Shown here one piece after another: positions 1-12,179 of a stretch of DNA of 64,000 bases; position 1 is the first letter of the stretch, and every line of letters starts with the position of its first letter. Source of the DNA: Camelus dromedarius (lineage: Eukaryota); assembly GCF_036321535.1 (NCBI RefSeq), contig NC_087436.1, positions 17,112,001-17,176,000 of the forward strand, written 5' to 3'. The notes beneath the pieces were generated by a model that saw only the letters and a program-made list of their open reading frames with translations, had not been told where the DNA came from and did not search any database. Position numbers and translations under genes: made by a program.

Positions 1-433
1 GAGCCTCCTAGGATACATGTTATAACTAGATGATCATATCAACACGTATATAATTTCAGGGTTTTGTTCCCCAGAAAAAGCATAATGTTTTTATTAAGTA
101 ACTATTTGAGGTATTTCTGTGTTTTTTTTCTCCATTTTGGCTCCCATACTTTAATTGCCTCTTTATTTATTAATGATTTTGCAATATCATTTTTGTAGAG
201 AATATAGAAAGTTAAGTCATTTTTTTCTCCTAGCATGATTGATCAGAATTTGTATTTTATCATTGATAACTGAGATACATACATGTACACTGTCATCTTG
301 ATTGTTTGTGGTACTTCTAGTGGATTGTGACCTACAAATTCTGATCAATACAATCTCATGTATTTCTCATAAAAAAAGAAAAATCAGTAGTGTTCATAGT
401 TACATATGTTGAATTATCAAATGTGTTCCTTGT

Positions 434-565
434 TATTGAGGTCTAGTTGATTTACAATATCATATTAGTTTCAGATGTACAACATAGTGATTCAAATTTT
501 TATAGTTTATACTCCATTTGAAGTTATTATAAAATACTGGCTATATTCCTGTGCTGTACAACATA
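434..565 (-). mobile_element. L1 3' end fragment
   Basis: tagttgatttacaat...gtacaacatagtgattca...ggctatattcctgtgctgtac is the reverse complement of a laurasiatherian L1 3' UTR. Confidence 0.8.
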
Positions 566-744
566 TAGAAAAAGTTCTTATTGGATCCTGACTCCCAGGC
601 TAGCCAATGCGAAGTCTTTGAAGTAAAAAACCAAAGAATTCCATTTTTTAAAGTGTCTTATGTAAGGTTGTTTACCAATTCTCCTTTTTTTCAAAATGCT
701 TCTTGGATTTCCCTTTCTTTTCTTTTCACTGTCTATTCATTCTG

Positions 745-1090
745 CTAGTCCAGAACCTCATCAGTTCTAATCTGGACTTCTTACTATGTCTCAGAATTTT
801 CTTAAATATGAATGTCCTATTCTCTAATCCATCTAGCAACGTATAGCCCTCCCACCCAAGTCCCTCATCCATGAATTTCTAGACCCTCAGCTGAAGTTCA
901 AATCTTTACTCTTGCATTCTATGCTGCTTGCAAAATACCTCTACCTTACCATCCTATCTACTGACCACCAAAGAAAGCCATCCTTCTGCCCTAATTCATG
1001 GCACCCCTCCCATTTTCTCCTTGTCCACTCAAAGTTTAGCTAGTTTTCTCAGCAACCAGTCGTAGGGTTACCTTATAACCTTTCCCAGAA
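745..1090 (+). mobile_element. L2 fragment
   Basis: Degenerate L2 3' region motifs (ctcatc..ctggact..tctctaatccatc..agttcaaatctttac). Confidence 0.5.
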
Positions 1091-1519
1091 AAACCATCCT
1101 TAGTGCTTTTTTTCTTCTGCCAGAGTGAATGTACATCATTTATTTGTGTGTTTGATGATGCTATTTGGCACCAGTTTACACTGACCCCAATCAGTTGTTT
1201 CATGTGCATAACTTTAACTGATGAGAAAAACAACAACAACAAAGAAGATTCCTGAGAGCAAAGATTATGCTATGTGCCTAAACCTACCACACATTTTTGA
1301 GAAATGCTCTTTTTATTCAGAGGCTTTTAAACTAGACTGCTCAACCAGGCAGAAGAGGCTAGCAAGGGTTTTACCAAAAATGAAAGGCATCAGTCTTGGA
1401 TTCTACAAGTACTGGAAAATATATAGACAGTAGCAGGTCACAAAAAAAGCTAATGAAAAAAACAAATCATCTAAACTAAACAATTGTGAGAGTAAAGGCA
1501 GTACCCAAAATGGCTAAAA

Positions 1520-2770
1520 TTTGTTATTTTTCAATTAACTAATTTTATTAGATTGGTGGTTCTATAAAATAATTCTATTGAAAACTATTTTTAAACACAA
1601 AATTCTTAAAAAAAATAGCATACATCTATATGCCTTAATGTAACATACCAAAATCTTTTTTATTGATTATTTGAACATTAAAAATAAGATAAGCAGAATA
1701 TTTGTTCTTGTTATTAATTTACATTTTAAAATCACACATGTTAATGAATTACATAGCTGTAATTCTTTAATACAATGCCACTGGTATTTTTCTCAAATCA
1801 GGTCTCATTTTTATTTTTTTTCATAAAATTGCCCACAATATCTTCTAAATTGCACTTTATGATTAACAAATTTAAAATTGACATATTCCATTGAATGTTC
1901 TCCATGGATTACATTATTTGGAATTAAGAAAACATTCTTTTTGTATGTGCTGACATAAATAAGCTCAGGGCAAATTCTGCTAAATGGAGAATATTCTCGA
2001 ATGTAAATTTTTGTATTGATACATATGAATATTTCAACCAAAGTATTTTCACAGTGTTAAAAATTAATAAACAGAAATCTCAATTAAGCAGAATCAGGAG
2101 GTCAGAGGGGGAGCTCTCACACCCTGAAGAATAATCCTACTCCTCACAAAATTTGTATTGATATGACCATTGCAAAAACAAAAATTGTATCTTCTATGTT
2201 GAACTTTCTAACTGAATTTACAAAAGCATTTATAAAAAATGTAGGATTTCTCATCTTTCAAAGAATGAAATTCTATAAACTTACATCAGTGCCATGAAGT
2301 ATATGAAAAAACCATATCATTATCAGACTTAACTGATAATTCTTTTTGCAGGATCTGATGATATTCATATAATATGCTTTGTGTAATTATCTTCTTCTGC
2401 TAATAGAGTTAATACAGTAACAGCTATCACTTAACTTGGAGATTGTTAAAAGAAAACTTGGAATTGAAAATAAACAAAATTCCATTTAGTAATTAAACCA
2501 ATGTCATACTTGCTAAGTTGTCACAAAGTTATACTTAAAGGCATCTTCTGAGTCTATACATTTTAGGTCACTATCTTTGGGCATAATCTTCTTAAGATAA
2601 CTATTGGAAATTTTTATTATTTTTTTCAAGAAATAAATTTAGTTATTATTTTTTAATTGAATGTAGACATTTTCTTCAGTTCATGGCTACTAAAAGGTGT
2701 TTGTTGCAAAAATAAAATATTACCATACAAGATATGAGTTAACAACTCTGAAACTATTTTACACCTGTAC
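1520..2770 (-). mobile_element. hAT-Blackjack DNA transposon fossil (transposase C-terminus)
   Basis: Minus strand 2000-1925 reads ENILHLAEFALSLFMSAHTKRMFS (hAT dimerisation-domain SA..ER.FS motif), followed by IIKCNL..CGQFYEK and gaaaaataccagtg, matching the recalled BLACKJACK consensus. Confidence 0.75.
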
Positions 2771-2970
2771 TAGGCTTGGACAAAGAAGTAAAAATGTTTC
2801 AGATAATGAGACCTAAGATTCTCACTTTCTGAGAAGTTACAGATCATCAAAGTGTAATTTTTTAGAATAAAATATCCTGAGTGCTAGAATCAACTCTAAT
2901 AATACTGCTGGATTTTAGCCCCCAAACAAAAATAAAAACAGAAACCTCATGAGTCTGTAACAGTGTACAA

Positions 2971-3448
2971 TGTCACAGAACCCATAAGATAAGGTCATTG
3001 AGACTGTGATGGAGTAAGACTAAAACAAAGTCATTACCTAAAGGCACAGACAAAGACCAGTGCACCAAGCAAACTACACCCTGCCCTTCCCAGCTAATGA
3101 GAGTGAGTGTTGCTTCTTTGCCAGTTACAGAATTAGCTCCACTTGCTTCCTCACACCTCTTAGTGATGTTAAGATCTCCAATAACCTGCAACCCTTAAGC
3201 AGTTACCTTTGTTTTCTCACATCATCCAGTCCAGAATAATCCCTCACTTCCTTAAGCCCTCCCCAAATCCTCCACACATGCCTAAATCCTATCAGAACCC
3301 TCCCTACACAAGTTCTTCTTACTGAGATGCCCCACTGTTCCCCATCTCATGCAGTCCTCCCTGCTGAGCCCAGTAGTCTGTAGAATTGACCACAGGTCAA
3401 TTTGAAGACAGGTGTTCCTGATGGTCTTTGTCTTTTGGGCAGTGATAC
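2971..3448 (+). mobile_element. ERV1-class solo LTR (MER89/MER90-like)
   Basis: TG start. gactgtgatggagtaagac, cttactgagatgccccac, end acaggtgttcctgatggtctttg. Confidence 0.65.
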
Positions 3449-3489
3449 AGGTCTTCTATGTCCTTAGATACCAGGTTGAATTTTTGGAT

Positions 3490-3943
3490 TGTTATGAGTT
3501 GAATTGTGACCCCCAAAATACGTTGAAGTCTTCATCCCCTCACCCCAGTACCCAGAATGTGATCTTACTTGGAAATTGGGTCATTACAGATGTAATTAGT
3601 TAAGGTGAGGTCATACTGGAATTGAGTGGGGCCCTAATCTAATCTGACTGTTGCCCTTATAAGAAGACAACCACGTGAAGACACAGACACACAGGGAAAG
3701 CACCCCATGAAGATGGAGGCAGAGATTGGATTTATTCGTCTACTAACCAAGGAGCCCCTGGGGCTATCAGAAGCTAGAAGAGGCAAGGAAGGTCTTTCCT
3801 TAGAAGGTTTAAAGACAATATGGCCCTGCTAACACTTTAATTTCAGACCTCTAGTCTCCAGCTCTGTGAGACGATACATTTCTGTTTGTTTAAGCCATTC
3901 AGTTTATGCTACTTTGTTAAGGCCATCCTAGGAAATGAATACA
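3490..3943 (+). mobile_element. MaLR LTR (MLT1C-like), nested in old L1
   Basis: tgttatgagttgaattgtg...cccccaaaa, aaggtgaggtcatactgga, ggccctgctaacac, ends cctaggaaatgaataca. Confidence 0.9.
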
Positions 3944-6900
3944 GGGCTTCCATATTTTTGTGGGTATTTTCCTAGGTACATTATAATTTTTGTTGCTATT
4001 AAAATAAGTATCCTTTTCTATTTTAATTTAATTGGTTATTTTTGTTTTATATACTTAATATATTAAAATATAAACATTCCTTTTGATTTTCTATATATTA
4101 ATCTTACACCTAATCATCTTGCTAAACTTTATTATGTGTTCTAATTGTTTATTTGGAAATTATCATATATCCTGCTTATTGATAAATGGGCTTTATAAAT
4201 AATTATTGCTTTATTTACTCTTTACCAATCCTTATGCTTTATTTATTTTTCTGGTAGACCTGCCGTGGTTAGAAACTTTGGTACAACGATGAATAATCAT
4301 GAATGAGGAGTGATAATTGGCAACACTGCCTTATTCATGTGGAATGGAAATATTTTTAAAGTTTTGCTGTATATATATTTTTGTCTTAGATAGTTTTCAT
4401 TTGCCAATGAGCAAATTACATTGCAATATTTTCTGATATTGAATCATTCTTAAGTTCCTGTGATAAATCTTCCTTGGTTACAAGGTATGAGTTAACACTG
4501 CTGGAGTTGATTTACAAAAATTACGTTTAGGACTTTTTCATCTATGTTACCACATGAGATTACCTATAATTTTGGATTTTCTTGAATTCTCTGTCAGGTC
4601 TTATTTGCAAAGTTATATTAGCTTCCTAATATTAATTTGTTAACCTACTTCCTAATTGAATTATATAAAACTTTTTAAATAAGATAGGATTTGAAATTAA
4701 TAAAATGATTCTATAAAACACCCTGTTTACTAATAGCTTTTTAGAGGGAGAGACTTTAGACTGCCATTTCCATTTTTAAAAACAGGTATGCGGCTATTTA
4801 GCTCTTTTCTTAAGTTACTTTTGGTAATTGACAAAGACACATTTTCAGTGTAGTGGCAAAAATTGTCTTCAGGATTCGCTACAATTTGTAAAATCTCTGT
4901 TTATAGCCATGTTCTCCTTTTTCTTTCCTTATTAATGCTCATTTGTACCAACTCTTAATAATATCTACCATTTGGGTTCCTGTGAGGATTAAACAAATTA
5001 ATGTAATGTAATATAAAGCACCCACATCAGCACCTTGCTAGAGGTTTGCTTGTTTTATTAGTCTTTTTAAGAAACATTCTATTGCTTTTGTGATTATATA
5101 TATTTTTCTATTTCATTATTGTCTGCTCTTGTTTTTATTTCCCCATTTCTGCCTTTTTTACATATAATCTTTTTCTTTTAATAGCTTCCATAGCTAACCT
5201 GTTTTTAATATCTCTAAAATAGTTGCATTGGTTTAAAATTTCTATCTAAACAATGCTTTAGCTGCATTCTATTAGGTTTTTATGTAATACTTTTATATTT
5301 TCCATTGTAAATATTTTGTAATCTTAATTTTATTTAATCTTTAACTTATGTTATTTGGATTCTTTTAGTTTTCGAATGTACAATTTAATTAAAAAAATTT
5401 TTTAAATGTCTCACTTCATCACCTATTAGACTGTTAAATTTGGAATTATCTTTAACATTGTGTGTTTTCTATTTACTATGCTTTTCCATTGCTTATTTTC
5501 CTTTTTATCTGCCTTCTGTTGGATTGATAAATTTGTTTTGTTCACTTTCCCCCTCTACTGGTTTATTACCTTTACAAATATTAACATACATACTCAAATG
5601 TGTTTTTCTATCAGTCTAAAATTTTCATTTTTTCTATTCTCTTGAATAAAAAATGAAATTTAGCAAGTTAACTCTTCATTGTACAGAATTTACTTTTAGA
5701 ATTTTAGATTTGCACATATTTTGACCACAAAATAGTAACTCTCATGGTAAATATTTTATTAATGTTTGTGGTATTTTAATTTCTGAGTTAACTCTTATTC
5801 TCGTTAAGTTGCATGCTTTTGTAGTTCATCCAATGAGGTTCTGTGGGTAGTAAATTCTCTTACTTGTTAAATATCTGAAAATATCTTTGCTCCTCTGTCT
5901 TTAGAATGATACTTTGTTTAGCTGAATCAGGAATTTGAAGTTGCAAGTCATTTAGCTCCAGTACTTAGAAGATTTTATTCCATCATCATCTGCCATTCAT
6001 TTTTGCTGATGATCTCAATGCTGTAAGTATAACTGTCATTTCTTTACAAGTACTTTAAAAACATTCTTCTCAAAGTCTTTATTTCTTCTTTGTATTCTGA
6101 AATTTCACTAGAATGTGTCCATGGAGCAACTTGTTTTCATTTATCTAGCTTGGCTTTATATATACACTTTCAATTTTCTTGAAATGTGGAAAATTCTCAG
6201 CCATGTTGAATAAATATCGTCTGTCATTACCTCTGTTCTCAACTGGGGGAAACTTATTAGACCCAAGTTTATTGGTGCCTCATTCTACCCTTCAGGTTTC
6301 TTAATTTCCTGTTGTGCTTTTCCTCTCTTCATCTCTCAAAGTTGTGTTCTGAAAGAATTCCTCAGGGCTATTTTCTAATTCAGTAATTCTCTTTTTGATT
6401 GTCTTTCTATTCTAGAGCATTATTTTGTTCATGGTAGTTTAAAAAGTTAATTAACATCTTTTCTTTGCAAAATTTCTCCAATTGGTTCTTTTATGTATTC
6501 ATTTATTCTTGATTCGTACCTGCTTAATTTTGCTTCATTGTATGTTTTTAAAAATATGTTTGCTTTTCTTCCCTTTATCTCATTTACAATCATTTGAAAA
6601 ATTTTATTAATAAATCCATGTCTTAATTACTGCTCTTGTTGATTTGTTCTGAAGTTTTAATTTTCTGCACATTCCTGTTGACTGTAGGCCCTTCTTAGTA
6701 GGGATTGTTTCAAATTGCTTATTTTTCCTGTCTCCTTTTCTCCCTCTTTTTTACCCATCCCTACTTATTGGTTGGCTTTGTGGTTGCCTACCTCCACCGC
6801 AATTTCATCCAGTGCAGAATCTGAACTGATCACGGCAGCAGAACGTAAGTGGTCTTGGAGACATTACAGATCTGGTCACTTACCTAAATGGAGCTTAGCT

Positions 6901-7210
6901 CCAGTCTGCACAGGCTGTGCAGGTGTGTAACCTGTATCCTCAGGAGTCTCCTGAAGTTTTCAACCTCTCATTATAGATGACCCTACTCTAGCTCCTGTTA
7001 CTCTTAAAAGTCATCTCTTAGCCACCTCTGAATATTTCCTGGCTTGGAAACCAGCAGGCCAGTAGCTTCAGCCCTTGACTTTTCTGAGTTTCTGTTCAGT
7101 TTGTGGTGCATGGAGACATGTTTTTTGAAGCATGACTAAGAAATGCATGTATATACAAACCATACAAACAGACACACAGTCTATCGTTTCTGTGTGCTTC
7201 GACTAGACAG
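3944..7210 (-). mobile_element. Old L1 (L1M/L1ME-type), degraded, with MIR fragment at ~4960-5035
   Basis: T-rich antisense L1 ORF2/ORF1 motifs (cctaggta..ttttgttgctatt, ctgtgggtagtaaattctct, ggaaaattctcagcca). Confidence 0.75.
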
Positions 7211-7574
7211 GGTAGTTTACAGTACGAACATGCAGTCTTATCTGGACTCCAACACACACATGGATGCTTAAGATTTGTTTCTCGAGTAGACCATAGGATG
7301 ACAAGTTTCTCTTTAAAAATATTTACATATAAGAAGAGTTAGTTTAAAAAGTAACAAGTGAAATCTTTTATCTTGCTCTTTATCAGAGAACTGTGAGAAA
7401 AGAAGGAAGGAAAACCAGCAAGTAAAAAAAAAAAAAAAAAAAAAAGACGTGAAATTAGATTTTAGGTGATTAGAAGTTTTGATAAAATCTCTGAACTGGA
7501 GCAGGTCAGGTATTCCTTTTTCCCAAAGAGGGTTAGAGAGTCTGAAACATAAAGAAAGGGTTTGGAAAAGTAAA

Positions 7575-7800
7575 ATACTAATAATGTTGAGTGCTTACTA
7601 TGCATCAGGTCCTTGCAGACAGATGATCTTAATTCTTAGCATTACGCTATGAATATATTATTATTTTCAGGATATGGATGAAGAAACTAGCGAGGCTCAG
7701 ACCATGCAGTTAGTCCAGGCTGAACCAGTGGAGAAATTTAGCAGTGCCTGAATCTGAACCTAACTTGTGCCTAAATTTCTACCAAATGGCCTTCCTGCAT
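7575..7800 (-). mobile_element. MIR SINE
   Basis: ttgagtgcttactatg, gatgaagaaact..gaggctcag. Confidence 0.7.
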
Positions 7801-7859
7801 GGAAAATGTGATTCCCCACACATTAAAGCATAATAGTGGAAAAAAGTTTTTAAAATCCA

Positions 7860-7982
7860 TTAAGCTGAAATAGCTTTTCTCCTTCACTGTAGCTAATCCT
7901 CCCACATTCTCCGGTCATAACTTTCTCTATCCAACACCCTTCCCCCCTTATTTCTCATATTACTGAGAACACATGCATTAAT
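7860..7982 (-). pseudogene. Fossil exon with near-canonical EF-hand loop
   Basis: Acceptor cttcctgcag. Reads ESYD then, after a frameshift, GECGRISYSEGEKLF. Restoring 2 nt gives the 12-residue loop D-x-G-E-C-G-R-I-S-Y-S-E (D1, G6, I8, S9, E12). Confidence 0.65.
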
Positions 7983-8499
7983 CTGCAGGAAGCAGTATTT
8001 GTTCCCCAGCAAATTTAAAGTTTCATGAAAACCAAACAAAAAAGGAAAATCCTGAGGGGATGGTGAGCCCAAAAGGCTCAATTTCCTTTCATCACACTTC
8101 TGACTCCTTTTAGGTTCTTTAGCAGATGGGCTTAGGTTTATTTGGAGGGTTGTTGAAATCCTGGTGCCATCAGGGTAGAGTTATCCACGGGGACAAAGCT
8201 TCAAGCAAAACAAACGTCTTACTTCCTAGGAACTGAAAATGTCAACAGGATAAGCTTAAAAATCAATCTGCTAGTTCACAGAAAGGATCAGAAAAAGTAT
8301 AAAGTGATCACAGATGCTCAATTTTCAGAACAGACAGAGTGTGGTGTAAAAGGAAGAAGTACTCAAACTAACCACCAAAATTCAGTATTCCCCTGGACTG
8401 AGGAAACAGTTCTTTTGGGGAGGCAAGCTTAGGGTGTTTCCCTCAAGGAAAAACTGAGAAATGCTCACTTGTCTGGATTAGAGGTAAGAGAAATACAAC

Positions 8500-8875
8500 A
8501 ATGCCAATAATAGCAACGGCCAGTATGTATGAAGCGTTTGTCATGTGTCAAGCAGTGTTCTAAGGATATTGAGAGTTTCATGAAAAGCAAACAAAAAGAA
8601 AATCCAGAAGGAATGGTGAGACCCAAAGGCTCAATGTCCTTTAATCCTTTAATCCTAAGCCTCATTTAGAGCCCATTGGAACAGCAGTGAACTCCACCAT
8701 CTACCCGGAGGGTGGGTGCTATTTCTGTAACATCTCATTTAAACCTCACAATACTCTATGTGAGCTACATATTATTATGCCCATTTTGTGGATCTATAAT
8801 TGATATTTAGGGAGGCTAGTAAATAAAAGAGTTTGGACTTCAAATCCTGTCTATCATTAACATCTGGGCTTTCTG
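8500..8875 (-). mobile_element. MIR SINE interrupted by a local duplication (~8573-8735)
   Basis: MIR start at 8500-8570 resumes at catctcatttaaacctcacaatactctatg (~8730). Confidence 0.65.
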
Positions 8876-9579
8876 AGTTAATCATGGTTGCCCCAGATCA
8901 AGGTTTCTCAACCTCAGTATATGGGAGATGAGAATCAATTCATCACAAGCAAGAGCAGAAGTAAGTAAAAATTACACCTGCCCAGAATTATGGGTAGGTT
9001 TGAGGCATATATATATATATATATTATACACATTGCTTGGCTTAGAATGTAAAATGCTTCAGTTATTCCTAGTGAAGGTCCATCGGCACTTGCTACTTAG
9101 CACCAAAAGTATTCACTAAGGTGGATGGAGAGTCACAGTAAAAGTGATGGGAAGCAGTGGGACACTGGATAATTTATGAAGTTGAAGGCTACAGGACTCA
9201 CTGACACATTAGGTGTGGGGTGTGAGAAAAAGAGAGGACTCAAGAATTTTTGCTTGATCACCAGCCAAAAGAATTATTTAATTGAGATGGGATATTCTGA
9301 AGGGGTACACAAGTATAGACAGTAGTTTAAATGCAAGATGCCTCGTAGACTTTAGAGGGTAAAACCAGCTGTTGGAAATGCAAACCTAGAGTTCATGGGG
9401 AAAAGTTGAGATAAAGATAAATTTACAGTCTGCAGTATAAAAATGATAGTTAAACTATTGGATTGGATGAGATTACCCAGAATGAGTGCATAGAAAAGAA
9501 ACCAGAATTGCAGACAAGCCCTAGATTATTCCAGTGTTCACAGACCAAGAAATAGAAAAAGTAGAAAAAGACCTGGGTG

Positions 9580-10705
9580 AAAAGACTAAAAAAATGAAAC
9601 AATCTGAGCATCAAATAAATTATGAAAGCAATGGATTGAATAAACCCATTGAATCAAAGTATTGAATACAATATGAATCCATGACTTCATACTAATATGA
9701 AAAAATTATTCCCCAAATAAGTGGGGATAAGAGGAAACTTTGCCTTACAGTAAGTAGAATGCTAACAAATATAGCTGAAGCTACAAAGTCACTATTTTGC
9801 AACCATGATCATAAGAACTGATTAAGGCAAGAATCATCAGCAGATGATTAGATTAGAGGTTGAAAGTTAATGAGAAGCAAAATATGTTCAGAGCCTCAAA
9901 GTCTCCTCATTAGCTACATATTAATTGTAAATGGAAAGGTAGTAACTTTACGAGAAACTTGGAGGACATCCCTCTAACCAAATGATCAGAGATAATGTTA
10001 CCAATAAGAGGACAATCCAACACTGTGTTCCTCCTGATGGGATGCACTGAAGAGGACACAGAGTCAATTTTATGTGGTGTTCCAACCAAACATGCAAACC
10101 TAAACCTATTCACAAGGAAGATTCAGTCTACAAAATAACTGTACAGTATTCTTCCAAAAGTCAATGTCATGGAAGACATTGAGAAACTCCAATTAAAAGT
10201 GACGTAGTTGGTTTATTCATGTATGACTGAAAAATTGTACTGTACACCAGAAATTGACACAGCATTGTAAACTGACTATAACTCAATTAAAAAAAAAATG
10301 ACATAGTTGGTAAATACAGTCATGATCCTGGATTGGATACCAGACTAGAAAAAAGAAATTTACTGTAAAGGATATTACTAGAACAATTGGCCAAATTTTA
10401 TTAATTCTTATAATGTAAAAGACATGATAGTATTGTATTGATGTTACATTTTCTGATTTTGATTATTGTACTATAGTTATGTTACGTGCTGTCCTTCTTC
10501 TGAAGAAACACACAGAGAAGTAAAGAAGGACTCTAATCTACTGCAAATTCAGGGGGAAAAATTAATGGCTAAGACAAAAAATGATAAATTGTGGCAAAAT
10601 GCTAGCAGTTGGTGAATCTTGGTGAAGGGTATATGGAGGTTCCTTGTACTGTTACTGCAACTTTTCTTTAAGGATAAAGTTATTTCAAAATAAAAGTTTT
10701 AAAAA
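9580..10705 (+). mobile_element. L1MC3/4-like 3' end
   Basis: gtcactattttgcaaccat, aaccaaatgatc, ggtgaagggtatatggag..cttgtact..tgcaactttt..aaaataaaagttt terminus. Confidence 0.8.
10213..10298 (+). mobile_element. Young, extremely 5'-truncated camelid L1 tail with TSD
   Basis: catgtatgactgaaa..tgtacaccagaaattgacac..ttgtaaactgactata plus poly-A, flanked by tgac(g/a)tagttggt duplication. Confidence 0.85.
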
Positions 10706-11077
10706 TCCTTAAGAGCCAGTGTGGAAAACTAAGGGAATATGGTACCGGATGCATTATAGCTAGAGAACAAGTGAAGGAACGCTTCAAGGAGGAGGAAGTC
10801 ATCACCGATGTTTTACACAGCTTCACGCTGCTGAAAGGTCACGTTAGTGTGGACTGAGAACTGACCACTGGATTTGGCAACATGGAGGCCTAGATGGAAT
10901 CAGTTCAAGGAAGAGTGGAAGGATGGGGAGAGAGAGAGCAGAGACAGAGATTGCAGAAGACTCCTCTGAAAAGTTTGTTGTGGATAGAGAGCAGAGCCAA
11001 GGGGCAATACGAGGGAGATACGTAGTCAAGGAAGCGTATTGTTAAAGACTGGATCGAAACAGTGTATTTCCACTTAT

Positions 11078-11204
11078 CTGTTTCCTCTAAACTACTCTTA
11101 GTCCAACTTCTGCTTTCCAAGAAAATGTCTAATTTGCATTTGGCTTGCATGTAGATCTCCTTTCAAGGATTTGAACACTTCTGTTTCATTGCAGAGATTA
11201 TTCA
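11078..11204 (-). pseudogene. Fossil exon with mutated donor (AG|ATAAGT)
   Basis: Acceptor taatttacag. NNLCNETEVFKSLKGDLHASQMQIRHFLGKQKLD*. Ends at aaacag|ataagt, a GT->AT version of the consensus gtaagt. Confidence 0.45.
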
Positions 11205-11523
11205 CTGTAAATTAATGAATTGGTATTTCAATTTTATACATGAACTGGTTGATATGATTCTGTTCTTGAGAGATGGATGAAATGCTTCTGCCACACACAG
11301 TTTGGCGATGAGGAGGGGCTATGTCCAATCTTTCAGAGTTCACCCAGAACTGTGTTGAACTGTCAAAGGACAATCAGTTACATACATTATATAACATTAG
11401 AGTCAGTCTACTTTTTCTGCAATCTTGTAAAAACAAATTTTCAAGGAAAAAAAAAAAGCTACTACGTACCATAATACATTTCAATAATTGTGCCTCTCAA
11501 ACATTTTAGCCATAAGAAATGTA

Positions 11524-11863
11524 CATATGAGCATGAAAATTAGATGGTCATCCTTGCACCATGAAGAATCAGGGGTAATGAATGTCTCCTCGTGAAGTCT
11601 CTTGTAAGCCAATCTGCTTCGTTTCCTTTGGCAGTGCCAGTCTAGATTTACCTTTAGGCTAAAAGTTATGAGGCACCATAGCCATAAAGCACTTGCAACA
11701 TCTTGCAAAACCTTATTTGAATCTTTTTGTAGCAAAAATTTAAACATAGACCTCCCTATTTTATTAACCAAGAAAAATCTCTATCAGTACCATCGTAAGT
11801 TTACTTCATGCAATTAAATGTTCTTGTCTTACCAGATTATTGATTTTAGGATGATCTAGGCAT
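11524..11863 (-). pseudogene. Fossil exon cluster (EF-hand plus spacer)
   Basis: 11863-11833: cttttag|CLDHPKINNL|gtaaga. ORF 11481-11771 contains LDWHCQRKRSRLAYKRLHEETFITP...DHL, resembling the D..G.ISR.DF.R.LE.F..P pattern. DGTDRDF near 11790. Confidence 0.55.
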
Positions 11864-11904
11864 CTAAAAGAAAAACCTATGTAAGCACAACAAAATAATT
11901 CACA

Positions 11905-12120
11905 TAATTGCTACTATTCATTGAGAATTTACCAAGTGCAAAGATTGCACTGGAAGCTTTATGATATCTCATTATTCCTCACAAAAAATCCTATGGGTCA
12001 GGACATTATTATCATATTATAAGAAATAAGGCAACTATAGCTTAAAGTACCCAGGGCAGGATTTGAATTGAGGTTGGGCTAGCCCCCAAAGCCTTTGCTT
12101 ATTCCACTATGCACATTGCC
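11905..12120 (-). mobile_element. MIR SINE
   Basis: ttcattgagaatttacc, cctcacaa, ggcaggatttgaa, ccactatgc. Confidence 0.7.
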
Positions 12121-12179
12121 TTCCTACCATAGTCATTTGCCCATCCATAGCTTCATCTAATCTGATTTTACTTCTTTAC

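Larger units (their letters stand above)
9110..11050 (-). mobile_element. L2 split by an L1MC insertion
   Basis: L2 antisense motifs at 9110-9560 and 10710-11050 (gactgagaactgaccactggatttggcaacatggagg). Confidence 0.75.
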
